DNA of 64,000 bases from NCBI RefSeq assembly GCF_964213995.1, contig NC_135823.1, positions 1,426,001 to 1,490,000 of the forward strand. The letters run 5' to 3'. Source of the stretch: Mustelus asterias. Taxonomy: Eukaryota. The translations under genes were made by a program, and so were the position numbers. This document shows positions 26,791 to 40,022 of this stretch, piece by piece; within the stretch, counting starts at the first letter, position 1, and every line of letters starts with the position of its first letter. Below the pieces are notes generated by a model, which saw only the letters and a program-made list of their open reading frames with translations, was not told the DNA's origin and searched no databases.

Positions 26791-27596
26791 TTTGATTTGA
26801 TGTATTATTGTCACGTATTGGGGGAAAGTGAAAAGTTTTGTTTCTTGCACGCTGTACAGAAAAAGCATACGTTCATAGAGTACATAGATTTGATTTGATT
26901 TGTTTATTATTGTCACATACTTTGGAATATGGTGAAAATTATTGTTACTTGCGTGCGATACAGACAAAGCGTGCCGTCCTTAGAGTACATAGATTTGATT
27001 TATTATTGTCACCTGTATTGGGATGCAATGAAAAATATTGTTAATTTCAAGCGATACAGGGAAAGCATTCCGTTCAGAGTGTACATAGATTTGATTTCAT
27101 TTGATTTATTATTGTCGCATCTATTGAGGTACAGTGAAAAGTACTTTTTCTTGCGCGCTATGCAGACAAAACATACCGTTGATAGAGTACATAGGTTTGC
27201 TTTGATTTGATCTATTATTGTCGCGTGTATCGACATAAAATGAAACACATTTGTCCTGCGCGCTATACAGGCAAAACCTACTGTTCATCGAGTACATAGA
27301 TTTGATTTGTTGCTGTCACATGTTTTGGCAGACAGAGAAAAGTATTGCTTATTGCGCGTGATACACACCTAGCATAACTTTCATAAAGTATATAGATTTG
27401 ATTTATTATTGTCATATGTATTTGGATCCAGTGAAAAGCATCCTTTATTACGCGCCATAGCGACAAAGCATACGGTTGATACAGTTCATAGTTTCGATTT
27501 GATTTATTATTTTTTGCCACGAATCTTGGAATGCAATGAATAGTATTGTTTCTTGCGTGCCACACAGGTAAAACATCCCGTTCAAATTGAACATAG
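26791..27596. repeat. Minisatellite of ~8 x ~100 bp derived from a LINE 3' end, in the C1-TM intron of gene B
   Basis: Unit tttgatttgatttattattgtcac...gtgaaaagtattgtttcttgcgcgctatacagacaaagcataccgttcatagagtacataga; the reverse complement occurs as dispersed element ends at ~22780-22855, 38120-38222 and 45560-45655. Confidence 0.85.
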
Positions 27597-28857
27597 GGGA
27601 GAAGGAAAGGAAAAGGTGTAGAATATATGGCGACAGTCAGAAATAGAACATTATCAGGGAGTTCAAGAGATTTAGAGTTAACTTTCAAATGCATCGAATG
27701 AGGGTGAAAGAGAGAATTAGTGTGTATGATGGGGACAGCACGCAACAAGTAGCCACGCTGTGGCGCCATGCTGAATATGTCTGGGAGTCAGTGGGAGCCA
27801 TGCAGCAGCAGAACTGAAATGTGAAATTACATTTTCAGCGTACAACTTTATCTCATCATGTCTGCATGTAATGATTTTTTCGATCCTTCATTTCTCTCCT
27901 TCTAAATTCGGCAGATAATCAATGTGACACGTTTTATATGATGTATCTATCCACCTATTTATCTTTGCCTTATTCAACCTCTCACTTTCCCTCTCTTAAT
28001 CGATTCATTTTTTCGTTTTACAAGTATTGGCTATTTCAGTCAGCGAGCCAACTCTCATATCTTTATCCCTTCCTCTCTCTCTGTTTATCTTTTCTCTCTA
28101 TTTCCCCATTCTCTTTTTGCCTCCAAGTATTAACTCTCTGTTTCTCTCCCTAGCCCCACAACCACCCCCCCCACCCCCTCCCCACCCCTCCCCACCCCCC
28201 ATCCCGGAGCCCCTCTTTCCTTCTTTATTCATTTATCGGACATGAGCGTCGCTGGCTGGCCACCATTTGTTGCCATCCATAGTTGCCCGAGGGCAGTTAT
28301 TTATCAACCACATTCTCTCTTATCCCTCTGTCGCCAGCCATTGATCTCTCACTCTCGGCCTCGAATATTCTCTATCTTTCCTACTCCTGCCAGTTAACCG
28401 GTGTTCCATCTAAATAGCCACCGACCTCTATCCATTGTTATCTACGCCTGTGTCTCTCTTTTTTGTTACTAATTGTCTATATCGTACGCCTTCTGTCTGG
28501 TCCTTTATGTCCCTCCAAGTCAAACCATTATGTATAATCTGTCTGCTCTATCTCTCTATTTTAATCGAGGGATTACTCCTGTCAAATTACCTATTCCTTT
28601 ATGTTGCTCTCATTTGAAGGATGATCTTTCGATATCTGCTTTCTCTCACTCTCTTTCTCTCACTCTCTCTCTCGTTCTCTCCCCCTGTGTCTTGTTGAAA
28701 AATTGCTCAGCGAGTTCTCTGCTCTATGACATGATGGCAAAAAATCTAAAACTAATTATTGTTTTCGTGGAAAATACACAGACACTTTTGACCAAATTGT
28801 TGACTTATTTTTTTTCGACAATTCTATTTGGAGGTGAAAGTTATATTACTTTTTCAG

Positions 28858-28977
28858 ATATTCCAGCCACTGCGGTGTGCATTGTCTCGATTTCGCGGGG
28901 TTTGTTGGCCGCGGCACTTCTCATTTTGGGATTGATCTCTGTGGCCGGCAGAAGGAGCTGCAGGAATCGGCAGAGAG
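28858..28977 (+). CDS. Gene B exon 4: transmembrane (IPATAVCIVSISRGLLAAALLILGLISVAGRRSCRNRQR)
   Basis: ctttttcAG acceptor, G|GTAAC donor, phase 1-1; hydrophobic stretch followed by an Arg-rich stop-transfer segment. Confidence 0.85.
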
Positions 28978-29136
28978 GTAACTATTGTTGGGAGACAGAC
29001 TAACTCGAAGCGGCCTCTATCCACGCATTTATCGCTGAATTATTGACACTATGAACGAAATGTGTGAAATGTGGCCATTTAGCCGGAGTCTTTTTGTTTC
29101 TAACATGCAACGCAAACAGTGATGCGGGCTTGGCAG

Positions 29137-29165
29137 GTTCCAGAGAACACCGACAGAATTAAGAG
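29137..29165 (+). CDS. Gene B exon 5: short cytoplasmic exon GSREHRQN* (TAA 29160-29162)
   Basis: ggcAG acceptor, phase 1; the B' paralog reads SRERPQNEE|GTACGT (GAA instead of TAA); similar in size to the 31-bp exon of A. Confidence 0.6.
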
Positions 29166-29510
29166 GTGGCTTTTCTTTTCCACTGGGCTTGGATAATTTT
29201 CCCTCAATTTTCATCCGAAGTTCAAAGTTCGTAATGAACACAGATGACTCTAAAAAATACTCTGCAAGTCTGGCAGCATCCGTGGAGACAGAACTGTTTC
29301 GAGCCCTTGGGACTCTTCTTCAGACCTAATTAAAATCACGGGCCGAATTCGCCAGACCAACCCGCTGGCGGGGATTTCTGCCCCCGCCGGAGGTAACACG
29401 CCCCTCCCCGCCCCCGACCTCCACAGCGACGGGATGGGGCCTGTTAGTGATCTTTCTGTCAACCAGGTTTCACGTCGTTTGCACCACTACGCGGACATAA
29501 ACATAGAACA

Positions 29511-29855
29511 TAGAATCATAGAATCATAGAAACCCTACAGTGCAGAAGGAGGCCATTCGGCCCATCGAGTCAGCCCCGACCACAATCCCACCCAGGCCCT
29601 ACCCCACATATTTTACCTGCTAATCCCTCTAACCTACGCATCTCAGGACTCTAAGGGACAATTTTTAACCTGGCCAATCAACCTAACCCGCACATCTTTG
29701 GACTGTGGGAGGAAACCGGAGCACCCGGAGGAAACCCACGCAGACACGAGGAGAATGTGCAAACTCCACACAGACAGTGACCCGAGCCGGGAATCGAACC
29801 CGGGACCCTGGAGCTGTGAAGCAGCAGTGCTAACCACTGTGCTACCGTGCCGCCC
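29511..29855 (-). mobile_element. Young full-length HE1/V-SINE-type SINE
   Basis: Nearly identical to 55443-55787; gggcggcacggtagcacagtgg head and (catagaat)n tail. Confidence 0.88.
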
Positions 29856-31329
29856 ATAGAACAGTACAGCACAGTACAGGCCCTTCGGCCCACGATGTTG
29901 TGTCGAACCTTTTCCGAAACCACGATCAAGCTATTCCACTCCCTATCATTCGAGTGTGTTCCATGCGCCTATCCAATAACTGCTTGAAAGTTCCTAAAGT
30001 GTCCGACTCCACTATCACAGCAGTCCATTCCACACCCCAACCACTCTCTGAGTGAAGAATCGACCTCGTACATCCCTCCTATATCTTCCACCACGAACCT
30101 TATAGTTATGCCCCCGAGTTACAGCTACATCCACCCGAGAAAATAGTCCCTGAACTATTTGTGCCCCTCATCATCTTATAAACCTCTATTAAGTCGCCAC
30201 TCAATCTCCTCCGCTCGAAAGAGAAATGCCCTATCTCCCTCAACATTTCCTCATAAGACCTACCCTCCAAACCAGGCAGCATCCTGGTAAATCTTCTTTG
30301 CACTCTTTCCAGTGCTTCCACATCCTTCTTCTAGTGAGGTGACCAGAACTGCACGCAGTATTCCAAATGTGGTCTCACCAAGGTCCTGTACAGTTGCAGC
30401 ATTTCCCCACGGCTCTTAAACTCAAACCCCCTGTTAATAAACGCTAACACACTATAGGCCTTCTTCACGGCTCTATCCACTTGACTGGCATCCTTCAGAG
30501 ATCTGTGGATATGAACCCCAAGACCTCTCTGTTCCACCACATTCGTCAGAACCCTCCCTTTGACCCTGTAATCCGCATTCAAATTTGTCCTCCCAAAATG
30601 AATCAACTCGCACTTATCAGTGTTAAACTCCATCTGCAATTTCTCGGCCCAGCTCTGCATCCTATCAATGTCTCTTTGCAGCCTTCAACATCCCTCCACC
30701 TCATCCACTACTCCACCAATCTTGGTGTCATCCGCACATTTACTGATCCACCCTTCAGCCCCCTCCTCCAAGTCATTTATAAAAATCACAAATAGCAGAG
30801 GACCCAGCACTTATCCTTGTGGTACACCGCTGGTAACTGGCCTCCAGTCTGAACATTTTCCATCCACCACCACCCTCTGTCTTCTATGAGATAGACAGTT
30901 ACTTATCCAATCGGCCAAGTTTGCCTCTATCCCACACCTCCTTACCTTCTTCATGAGCCGACCATGGGGGACCTTATCAAAGGCCTTATTAAAATCCATG
31001 TATATGACATCAACTGCTCTACCTTCATTGACACACTTGGTTAGCTCCTCAAAAAAATTCAATCAAATATGTGAGGCAAGACTTACCCTTCACCAATTCC
31101 TGTTGACTATCCCGGATTAAGCTGCATCTTTCTAAATGGTCGTAAACCCTATCACTGAGGACTTTTTCCATTAACTTACCGACCACCGAAGTAAGACTAA
31201 CCAGCCTATAATTACCAGGGTCATTCCTATTTCCTTTCTCGAACAGAGGAACAACATTCGCAAATCTCCAGTCCTCTGGCACTATCCCCGTGGACAGTGA
31301 GGCCCCAAAGATCAAAGCCAAAGGCTCTG
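29856..31329 (-). mobile_element. 5'-truncated CR1 LINE in the last intron of gene B
   Basis: RT ORF pieces 30106-31321 (DFNKAFDKVPH, GVPQG); absent at the matching position of B' (~41070). Confidence 0.9.
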
Positions 31330-31780
31330 ACCCATCCGGGGAACTCTCGCCGGTTATTTATGTCGGTGGCACTGGGGGTGTTGGGGTGGGGGGGAGTGGG
31401 GTAGCGGGTGGGGGGGGGGGGGGGGGCGACGGTGCAGGGGATGACCAGGGACGTTCAGACATTGAAACAGAATATGAACTTGAGAGTGACGGCGTTCATT
31501 TCGGAAAGTTGATTTTTCACACAGTGGGAGTAGAATTTTGGAACTTTCTCCCCGGAAAACAAAAAGTGTTCTGGCCGCGGATGAATTTAAATTTGCAAAA
31601 CTGAGATGGACAGATTTATACTAGGGAGTGGATGAAGGTGTACTCAATATTGCTGTGTGTATGGGAGTAAAAATACCTGTCAGCCGTTGTCTACTTGAAT
31701 CGAATGGAGTGATTCAATGGTCTCACCTATCTCTGTCATGATGATATGGATTGCACTAACAGATCACTTTTCATCCACAG

Positions 31781-31891
31781 TCTGTTTACGCGCGCCTAGC
31801 CTGTAACGAGGATCCAACACTCTTATTTGAGAGGAAAGAGAGAGAAAGAGCAAGAGAGAACCGTGTGATTCCTCTGTATCGAGTGTTTTAG
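31781..31891 (+). other. Gene B terminal exon encoding an ITIM (SVYARL), downstream of the exon-5 stop
   Basis: cttttcatccacAG acceptor; phase 0 matches the exon-5 donor GAG|GT; reads SVYARLACNEDPTLL...VF*; paralog at 41512-41556. Confidence 0.65.
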
Positions 31892-32779
31892 AAACTTTCC
31901 TCTTTTTGCATGGTCAATTTGAAGGTCCAATTGGTGCAAATTCCGCCGAATTGACGGCTCAATTCTGTGATGGCGCCTACAGTAGACAATGAATTCTCCC
32001 TTAATGTCTACCAATCTCTGACGGAATATCGCCTACAGTACAATTTCTCCTCTTCCTTCTTCTAAATACTTCTATCCTTTTTTTACTATTCTATTCTGCA
32101 TCGTCTACATTATAAATGTAAATTTGCAACAATAATTCAAAATGCATCTGGATCCGAGTTACCAATTTATTAAAACAGTGTTTGAATTCCAATGTAAGCT
32201 GCATGATTCCAGTTTCTGTAAGGGTTCACATCAAATGCGTTTCCTGTGGCTCTTCAGCTAATCAACAAAGACTTTTTTGGATCAATGCGTGCGCGTTGGA
32301 AGTGGGGTTAAGGACTGACAAAGCAATTTAGTAAGTGGTTGGGGATTCTCGCTGGATCAATTAAAAATGCAGGGTGGGTGCATTCCTGAACCGGTTGTGC
32401 ACTGGTAGTGAACACAATTGCAATTATTGCTGAGACAATATTATTTCCAATCCATGTTCGCGTTGGACAACTCCGCTAAGTGGATTTTACAGAATCGGAT
32501 CAGCGAGACCGACCCACTTACAGCACGGGAAAAGCATGTGTCGTCTCTGTCGGCTGTTCGAATCTGCACTTTTGTCCCACAGCCGATCAGACACAACATG
32601 AACATGAGGCTTATTACTCTTTATCAGCGATTACAATTACTATTGTTTCCCGACTGGGCATGCAAGCAAGAGGAGGCCCTTCGGCCCTTCGGAGAGTTAA
32701 TTTCTGCCAAGCTAGAACAATATCATAACCCCATCCGTGCAACTCGCATGCATTATTCTATCCAATGACCAAACGACAA

Positions 32780-35050
32780 TAGAACATAGAACAATACAGC
32801 ACAGAACAGGCCCTTCGGCCCACGATGTTGTGCCGAGCTTTATCTGAAACCAAGATCAAGCTATCCCATTCCCTATCATCCTGGTGTGCTCCATGTGCCT
32901 ATTCAATAAACGCTTAAATGTTCCTAAAGAGTCTGACTCCAATATCACTGCAGGCAGTCCATTCCACACCCCAACCACTCTCTGTGGAAAGTACCTACCT
33001 CTGATATCCTTCCTATATCTCGCACCACGAACCCTATAGTTATGCCCCCTTGTAATAGCTCCATCCACCCCAGGAAATAGTCTTTGAACGTTCACTCTAT
33101 CTATCCTCTTCGTCATTTTATAAACCTCTATTAAGTCTCCCCTCAGCCTCCTCCGCTCCAGAGAGAACAGCCCTAGCACCTTCAACCTTTCCTCATAAGA
33201 CCTACCCTCCAAACCAGGCAGCATCCTGGTAAATCGCCTCTGCACTCTTTCCAGGGCTTCCACATCCTACTTATAGTGAGGTGACCAGAACTGCACACAA
33301 TATTCCAAATGTGGTCTCACCAATGTCCTGTACAGTTGCAGTATAATCCCACGGCTGTTAAACTCCAACCCCCTGTTAATAAAAACGAACACACTATAGG
33401 CCTTCTTCACAGTTCTATCCACTTGAGTGGCAACCATTAGAGATCTGTGGATATGGACCCCAAGATCTCTCTGTTCCTCCACAGTCTTCAGAACCCGACC
33501 TTTGACCCTGTAATCCACATTTAAATTAGTCCTACCAAAATGAATCACCTCACATTTATCAGGGTTAAACTCCATTTGCCATTTCTCATCCCAGCTTTGC
33601 ATCCTATCTATTTCTCTTTGCAGCCTACAACAGCCCCCCACCTCATCCACTACTCCACCAATCTTGGTGTCATCAGCAAATTTACTGATCCACCCTTCAG
33701 CCCCCTCCTCGAAGTCATTAATAAAAATCACAAAGAGCAGAGGACCAAGCACTGATCCCTGCGGCACTCCGCTAGCAACCTGCCTTCAGTCCGAAAAATT
33801 TCCATCCACTACCACCCTCTGTCTTGGATCAGATACAGTAATACGTTTTACAACACTAGGTTAAAGTCCAACAGGTTTATTTGGGAGCAAAAGCCACACG
33901 AGCTTTCACATCATGAATTCGATCAGATAGCCAGTCACTTATCCAATCGGCCAACTTTCCCACTATCCCACACCTCCTTACTTTCATCATAAGCCGACCA
34001 TGGGGGACCTTATCAAACGCCTTCCTAATATCCTTGTATATGACATCAACTGCCCTACCTTCATCAACACACTTGGTTACCTCCTCAAAAAATTTAATCA
34101 AATTTGTGAGGCACGACTTGCCCTTCACGAACCCGTGCTGACTATCCCGGATTAATCTGCATCTTTCTAAATGGTCGTAAATCCCATCTCTAAGGTCGTT
34201 TTCCATCAATTTCCCAACCACCGAAGTAAGACTTACCGGCCTGTAATTACCAGGGTCATTTCTATTCCCTTTCTTAAACAGAGGAACAACATTCGCCACT
34301 CTCCAGTCCTCTGGCAACATCGCCGTGGACAGTGAGGACCCAAAGATCAAAGCCAAAGGCTCTGCAATCTCATCCCTTGCCTCCCAAAGAATCCTCGGAT
34401 ATATTTCATCAGGCCCAGGGGACTTTTCGACCTTCAGTTGATTTAAAACTGCCAGTACATCCTCCCTCCGAACATCTATTTCTCCAGCCTATTAGCCTGT
34501 AACACCTTCTCTTCCTCAAAAACATGGCCCCTCTCCTTGGTGAACACTGAAGAAAAGTATTCATTCATCACCTCGCCTATCTCTACTGACTCCATACACA
34601 AGTTCCCACTCCTGTCCTTGACTGCCCTAACCTCATCCTGGTCATTCATTTATTCCTCACATAAGAGTAAAAAGCCTTGGGGTTTTCCTTGATCCGACCC
34701 GCCATGGACTTCTCATGTCCCCTGCTCGCTCTCCAAAGCAACTTTTTCAGCTCATTCTTTGCTAACTTGTAACCCTCAATCGAGCCATCTGAACCTTGTT
34801 TCCTCATCCCTACATAAGCTTCCCTCTTCCTTTTCACAAGACATTCCACCTCTTTCGTGAACCATGGTTCCCTCACTCGGCCATTTCGTCCCTGCCTGAC
34901 AGGGACATACCTATCAAGGACACCCAGTATTTGTTCCTTGAAAAAGTTCCACTTTTCATTAGTTCTTTTCCCTGACAGTTTGTGTTCCCATCTTATGCCC
35001 CCTAATTCTTGCCTAATCGCATCATAATTACCTCTCCCCCAATTGTTAAC
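32780..35050 (-). mobile_element. 5'-truncated CR1 LINE
   Basis: ORF2 pieces including PQGSVLGPLLF and KFADDTK; empty site in the duplicate at ~42503. Confidence 0.92.
33836..33920. mobile_element. 85-bp Penelope-like fragment nested in the CR1, with 9-bp TSD
   Basis: ggttaaagtccaacaggtttatttgg as in 53358-53692; flanked by gatcagata at 33827-33835 and 33921-33929. Confidence 0.7.
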
Positions 35051-35394
35051 CAACCTATCAATTTAACCACGGTCTCAGCACTTATTTGAAGGTAAGGATT
35101 ACAGACTTCCGCTCTCCTTTGTTTAATGAATTGTGAACAGCTCCCATCCAAATGCACAGATTCCATTACCTAGCAACAGTACATCCAACCCTCCGGCCAC
35201 CAGCGCCCCCCCCCCCCCACACCCCCCCTCCCCCCCACACCCAAGCCCACACCCACCCGACCTTGTTCTTGACTCAGCCCACTTTGACGATACCGTGCCT
35301 TAAAAATGTACTTTAATCATGTTGATCTGCAGGATGTCTCAAGCAGTTCCTGGCAACTTATGGGAACTGTTTTTCTGCAGACGGCATCCTCCAT

Positions 35395-35671
35395 TGTTAC
35401 TGAAGCAGTATAATTTATACCATGTTTGTTTAAAGCTGAATTAATGCAGCGATCTCTTTTTTGAGTGCTCCCCTTGGATTGCAGAGTAGATCTTGATCGG
35501 TAAGATTGACAGATCAGTTCATATGACTGTGGACAGCTAGTCTTTCAAAGAAAATTCCAACTTAGTTGCTGTTCTCAGGTTCTGTTTGGACTTGTGAGAG
35601 AGCAGAGTGAGTTTTCACCCCTCTCTGGAGTTGGCGATTCTGCATTCTGAGTGCTGTTGCTTTGGAAGCTG

Positions 35672-35702
<31 letters not shown>

Positions 35703-36185
35703 CCTGTTCTGCCCCTCAGGTCTGAAGTCTCGAAGATGCCAGAGACTAGATTTCCTTCATTATTTTTTCTGTCTTGAACATATAGACTTCTCTAAAAATG
35801 GCTATTTGGATTTCTGTCGATCGGTATTAACGGCTGGAAGTCGGGTATCGCGTGAGCAAACTTGTTTTTGTGTTAACTAATTCGGAAAAGGGGGATATGT
35901 CTGTGGGATGTTGCATTAAATTGGAACAGCAGAGATAAATAGCTGTTAATAATTATACTGTGACATGTTTAGGTCTTGCAATTGGAAAAAGTTAAGCTAA
36001 TTCTATTTGTTATATTTTAGCTTTCTTCTCAAATAAACTTTGTTTATTAAAAGCGTCCTTTGGGTTAGTTATATCGTACTCCGAGTGAAACACCGTATGG
36101 TCACGATAACGCCAAAATCAAATATAAAACTTGGGTCAAGGCTAACTTCACAAACATTTTCGAGTTTCTGGCCTAGGTCTTCACA
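35395..36185 (+). mobile_element. Probable solo LTR; duplicated at 42809-43587
   Basis: TG...CA ends, ccat/ccac flanks, internal AATAAA, about 790 bp. Confidence 0.45.
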
Positions 36186-39062
36186 CCACTCCCTGAGGAA
36201 ATAGTCGATCCAAATGTATTCGTCCGCTATTTCAGGAAAATCAGATCGCCCTTTATTCTTCCAAACTCTGGCGAATAAAAGCATATTCTCTGCCCCCGAA
36301 TCACTCTTCCCCATTCTCCATGGTGTATTTGGCGTATTTCATCGTCCACTGTTTAAAGTACAGACATCCGCATAATCAACAGTCATTTGTCCAACTTTCT
36401 CGATTCAATAGCTGCATCTGACCCACTGAGCCTACACCCTGCAGAACTTCCGAGGGTTGGAGTGCCTCCAACGTGTTCTGCAGTGCAACTGAATCGTCAT
36501 GCCGAACTGAGGCTTGCTCACAGGAAGCGCCTGATGTCCCCTCGAGTGAGACAGTTAATCTTGCTTCTCAGTGGTAATGAGAGATTCATCGAAATCTGTG
36601 GCTGGACTCTGGGATTTGTGGACAATGAAAACACTCTAAAGCTGTTCCCTGATATATTTTACCCATCAGGGAACATATCTATCAATAACATCTAAATATT
36701 TCCTCAATATTTAGTCCGGGATTATTCATCGAATGAACCTGATTTAATGACATTCCGCACCTGTTTAGATACTTGTGTTATCCCGAATGTCTGAAAACGC
36801 GTTTTCATGAACATCAGGCACAAAGGATTGCTTGGGTCAGAACATGGACGGCTCAATTCGATGGTTATAACAACCAGAACAAGCATTGAATCGCCAGCCT
36901 TCTGTCCTCCACGAAAGATAATGCTAAAGGTGGGGGAGAGGGAGACAATGTAAGCATTAAAGTTACTGAAGGATTCGTCAGTGTAGGCGGAAGCAGCTGA
37001 TGTCCATTTGTGAGGAGTGCACAGGATGAGCTAACAGGAGTATAATATCGTCACTAATAAAGATGACAGTGAATTCACAAATAAAGTCTCTACTCAGTGG
37101 GTGGGGATAATATGGATTTCGTTCTCACAGTGTGCCGATCAGCCGACATGCATTTGATGGGATACTGGATAAACTCAGGAAGGAGAAAGGAATACAGTGG
37201 TGGGTTAGTGGCGGTAGTGGCAGGGATGTGGAGGTGGTGGATGGGATGGCAGTGGTCATATAGTTGTGGGAGGAAGTGCCTTTTAAGCATAACGACCACC
37301 CCGGAGTAGATACCCATATCCCGCTAGTCAAGCCGTGCAATTATGATACAAAGGATGAGGGAGAATTATTCTGGGTGAAACCGTTATTCAAACATTTTGA
37401 ATCATTCTTCATTCGGTACGTATTTGCTGCAAATAGAATATATTAGGGCCTCAGGAATACATTCAACGCAACATTCTAGTATACCCTGCGCCCAGTCGAA
37501 TTTCACAAACATTCGTGTTGCTGAATTCAGCAAGACTGTCTTTTCAACACGGATTTGATTAGTCTTAATAAGTATTCAGCACGAGCTAGAAGATGTTTCT
37601 CATTGCAGACTGAGCTGTGCACGGACTCTTCGTCTTTCAACAGGGAACGTTGAACCACAATTCACACTGCTCTGAAGTTTCCAGGGCGCCACTTTCCACT
37701 GCAGCACGATGTGTCTGCAAAACGTACATTTCCATCATGTCTTCCGCATCATGTAACCGCAGCCCAACAACTTTTTAACACCCTGAACATTGTAGCATCT
37801 CTTTGCAGTTTTGTGTTTTCATCACTCCTCCTTGAGAGAAGCGCATCAACAAGCCTCTCATCCATTCAATCTGTCTACACTTTCCGCTGCCTCAACAAAG
37901 CAGCCAGCATCATTAACAACCGCACGCAGCCGGACATTCATTCTTCCACCTTCCGACTTCGCGTAAAATATAATTAAGTCTGAGGTCACCTACCAACCGA
38001 ATCAAGAACAACTTCTCCCTGCTGCTGTCAGACATTTGAATGGACTTACCTTGCCTAAAGTTAATCTTTCTCCACACCCTCGCTATGACTGTAACACTAC
38101 ATTATGCACTCTCTAGTCTTCTACTCTATGAACGGTATGTTTTGGCTGGAGAGCACGCAAGAAACAATACCTTTCACTCTACGTTGATACATGTGACAAT
38201 AATAAATCAAATCAAATCAAATCATTTGCAGGGTTAGAACCAATGCGACAGTAAGTCCAGTGGAAAATTAAGCCACGAGCTACTTTCTATAATCGGAATT
38301 TCATGGTGAAAGAATGAATCATTTGCGGCTGATCAGAGGCCATCAGGGGAAACATTCACCTATACATCCACTGGGACATTCTGCATTTCTGAGCTGAGAA
38401 TGCTTCCACGTCCACCATTAAAAATAAAACTTTTGCCGTTCTTTTTTGTTTCGATTGACATAAAGCCATAGTCAGTTTTGGAAAGATCAGCCACATTCAG
38501 GGCGGCAAAATGGAAGCAAGTCACGTATTAAATGGAGGCCATGAGGAGAGAACCTATGTACAGGGACGTATCAGTATCCACTCTGTGTAAGGAACTCTAG
38601 AGTGTCCGCACACCAGAGGAACGTGGTGACTCAGAGGCACTCAGTTGAGTGACAAGTTTTAATGATTATTTGAGGATGGACACGAGTAAATAGCACCAGG
38701 GTGGATGGAAACTTTGAAATTGAATTAATTGAAGAAATACATTAAAATCGAGTCTGATCCATGGCGACCATGAACATGGTCGATCACTGATCTCTATTCT
38801 GGAAGATCATCGACCGTCTATATCTGTTATGGCCTATATGTAACGCCAGACCAGTACCAGCAAATCACTGATTTACAGGGTGGTCATATGGTCTTACTTT
38901 ATGGACGGTGTGCATGGTTCGTCCAGCACTCCAGAAACAATACTTTTCACTGTATCACTACGCATGTGACAATAATAAATCAAATCAAATCTATTTACTT
39001 TCTGAACAGTATGTTTTGGCTGCATAGGCCGCAAGAAACAATATATTTAACTGTATACTGAT

Positions 39063-39418
39063 ACATAGAACATATAACATAGAACAGTACAGCACAGAAC
39101 AGGCCCTTCGGCCCATGTTGTTGTGCCGAGCTTTGTTTGAAACCCAGATCAACCTATTTCCTCCCTATCATCCCGAAGTACTCCATGTTCCTATCCAATA
39201 GCTTCTTAAATGTTTCTAAAGTTTCTGACTCCACTATCACTGCAGGCAGTCCATTCCACAGCCCAACCACTCTCTGAGTAAAAAACCTACCTCGGACATC
39301 CTTCCTATAATCTCCCACCATGAACCCTATAGTTATGCTCCCTAGTTACCACCCCATTCACACGAAGAAATAGTCTTTGAACGTTCACTCTATCTATCCC
39401 CCTCATCATCTTATAAAC
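39063..39418 (-). mobile_element. Short CR1 3' fragment specific to duplication unit 2
   Basis: catagaac tail and CR1 3' sequence; absent at ~23960. Confidence 0.8.
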
Positions 39419-40022
39419 ACGTGTGACAATAATAAATCAAAACTATTCAAATCAAATTAAATCAAATCGCATTCTCTCCAGTATCCGGAATTCCCCATTC
39501 CATACATTGGTCACTATCTTAAACTGGTGACCAATTTATTTTAAAATCCTACGTCTGTCCTTTCAACAATTTTGGATCTGTTAATGTCCTTTTCCAATCA
39601 AGCCTCAGCATTCACTTGCTTTAGAGCAAATAGTTCCTGCCTATTCAATGCACACTGATAGTTAGGAGCTATTAGTTCTGCTATCACACTTGTGAAGTAT
39701 GTAGAGTAACTTTCCGATTGACTCTTTATTCTGACCAGATCTGAAGAACTGCATTTTGTTCTCCTCGTCTGGTCTAACTGCTGTGAGTAGATAGCTGTGG
39801 TATTTTGCGAAATCGCTGAGTTTGTACCAGCACATTGACTTGTTGTAAACAGGAAGACTGCAGAGACCAGTCGACCTCGGTTCTATTTTCAACCCCAATC
39901 GTGTATTTATTAATATACATAGCGCGCAGATTTCACACCTCCGACACATAACGAGAACAAGAGCGAGTTCTCAGTGAGATTCGGATCCGGGGCTCAGAGC
40001 CTCACCGTCTGGATCAAGGACA

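Noticed and set aside
28473-29003. 176-aa hydrophobic ORF as a standalone gene
   Set aside because: Mostly CT-rich intron; only 28858-28977 is bounded by splice sites and is the TM exon of B
29780-29855. tRNA-like sequence
   Set aside because: It is the tRNA-derived head of a SINE, continuous with the SINE core and tail
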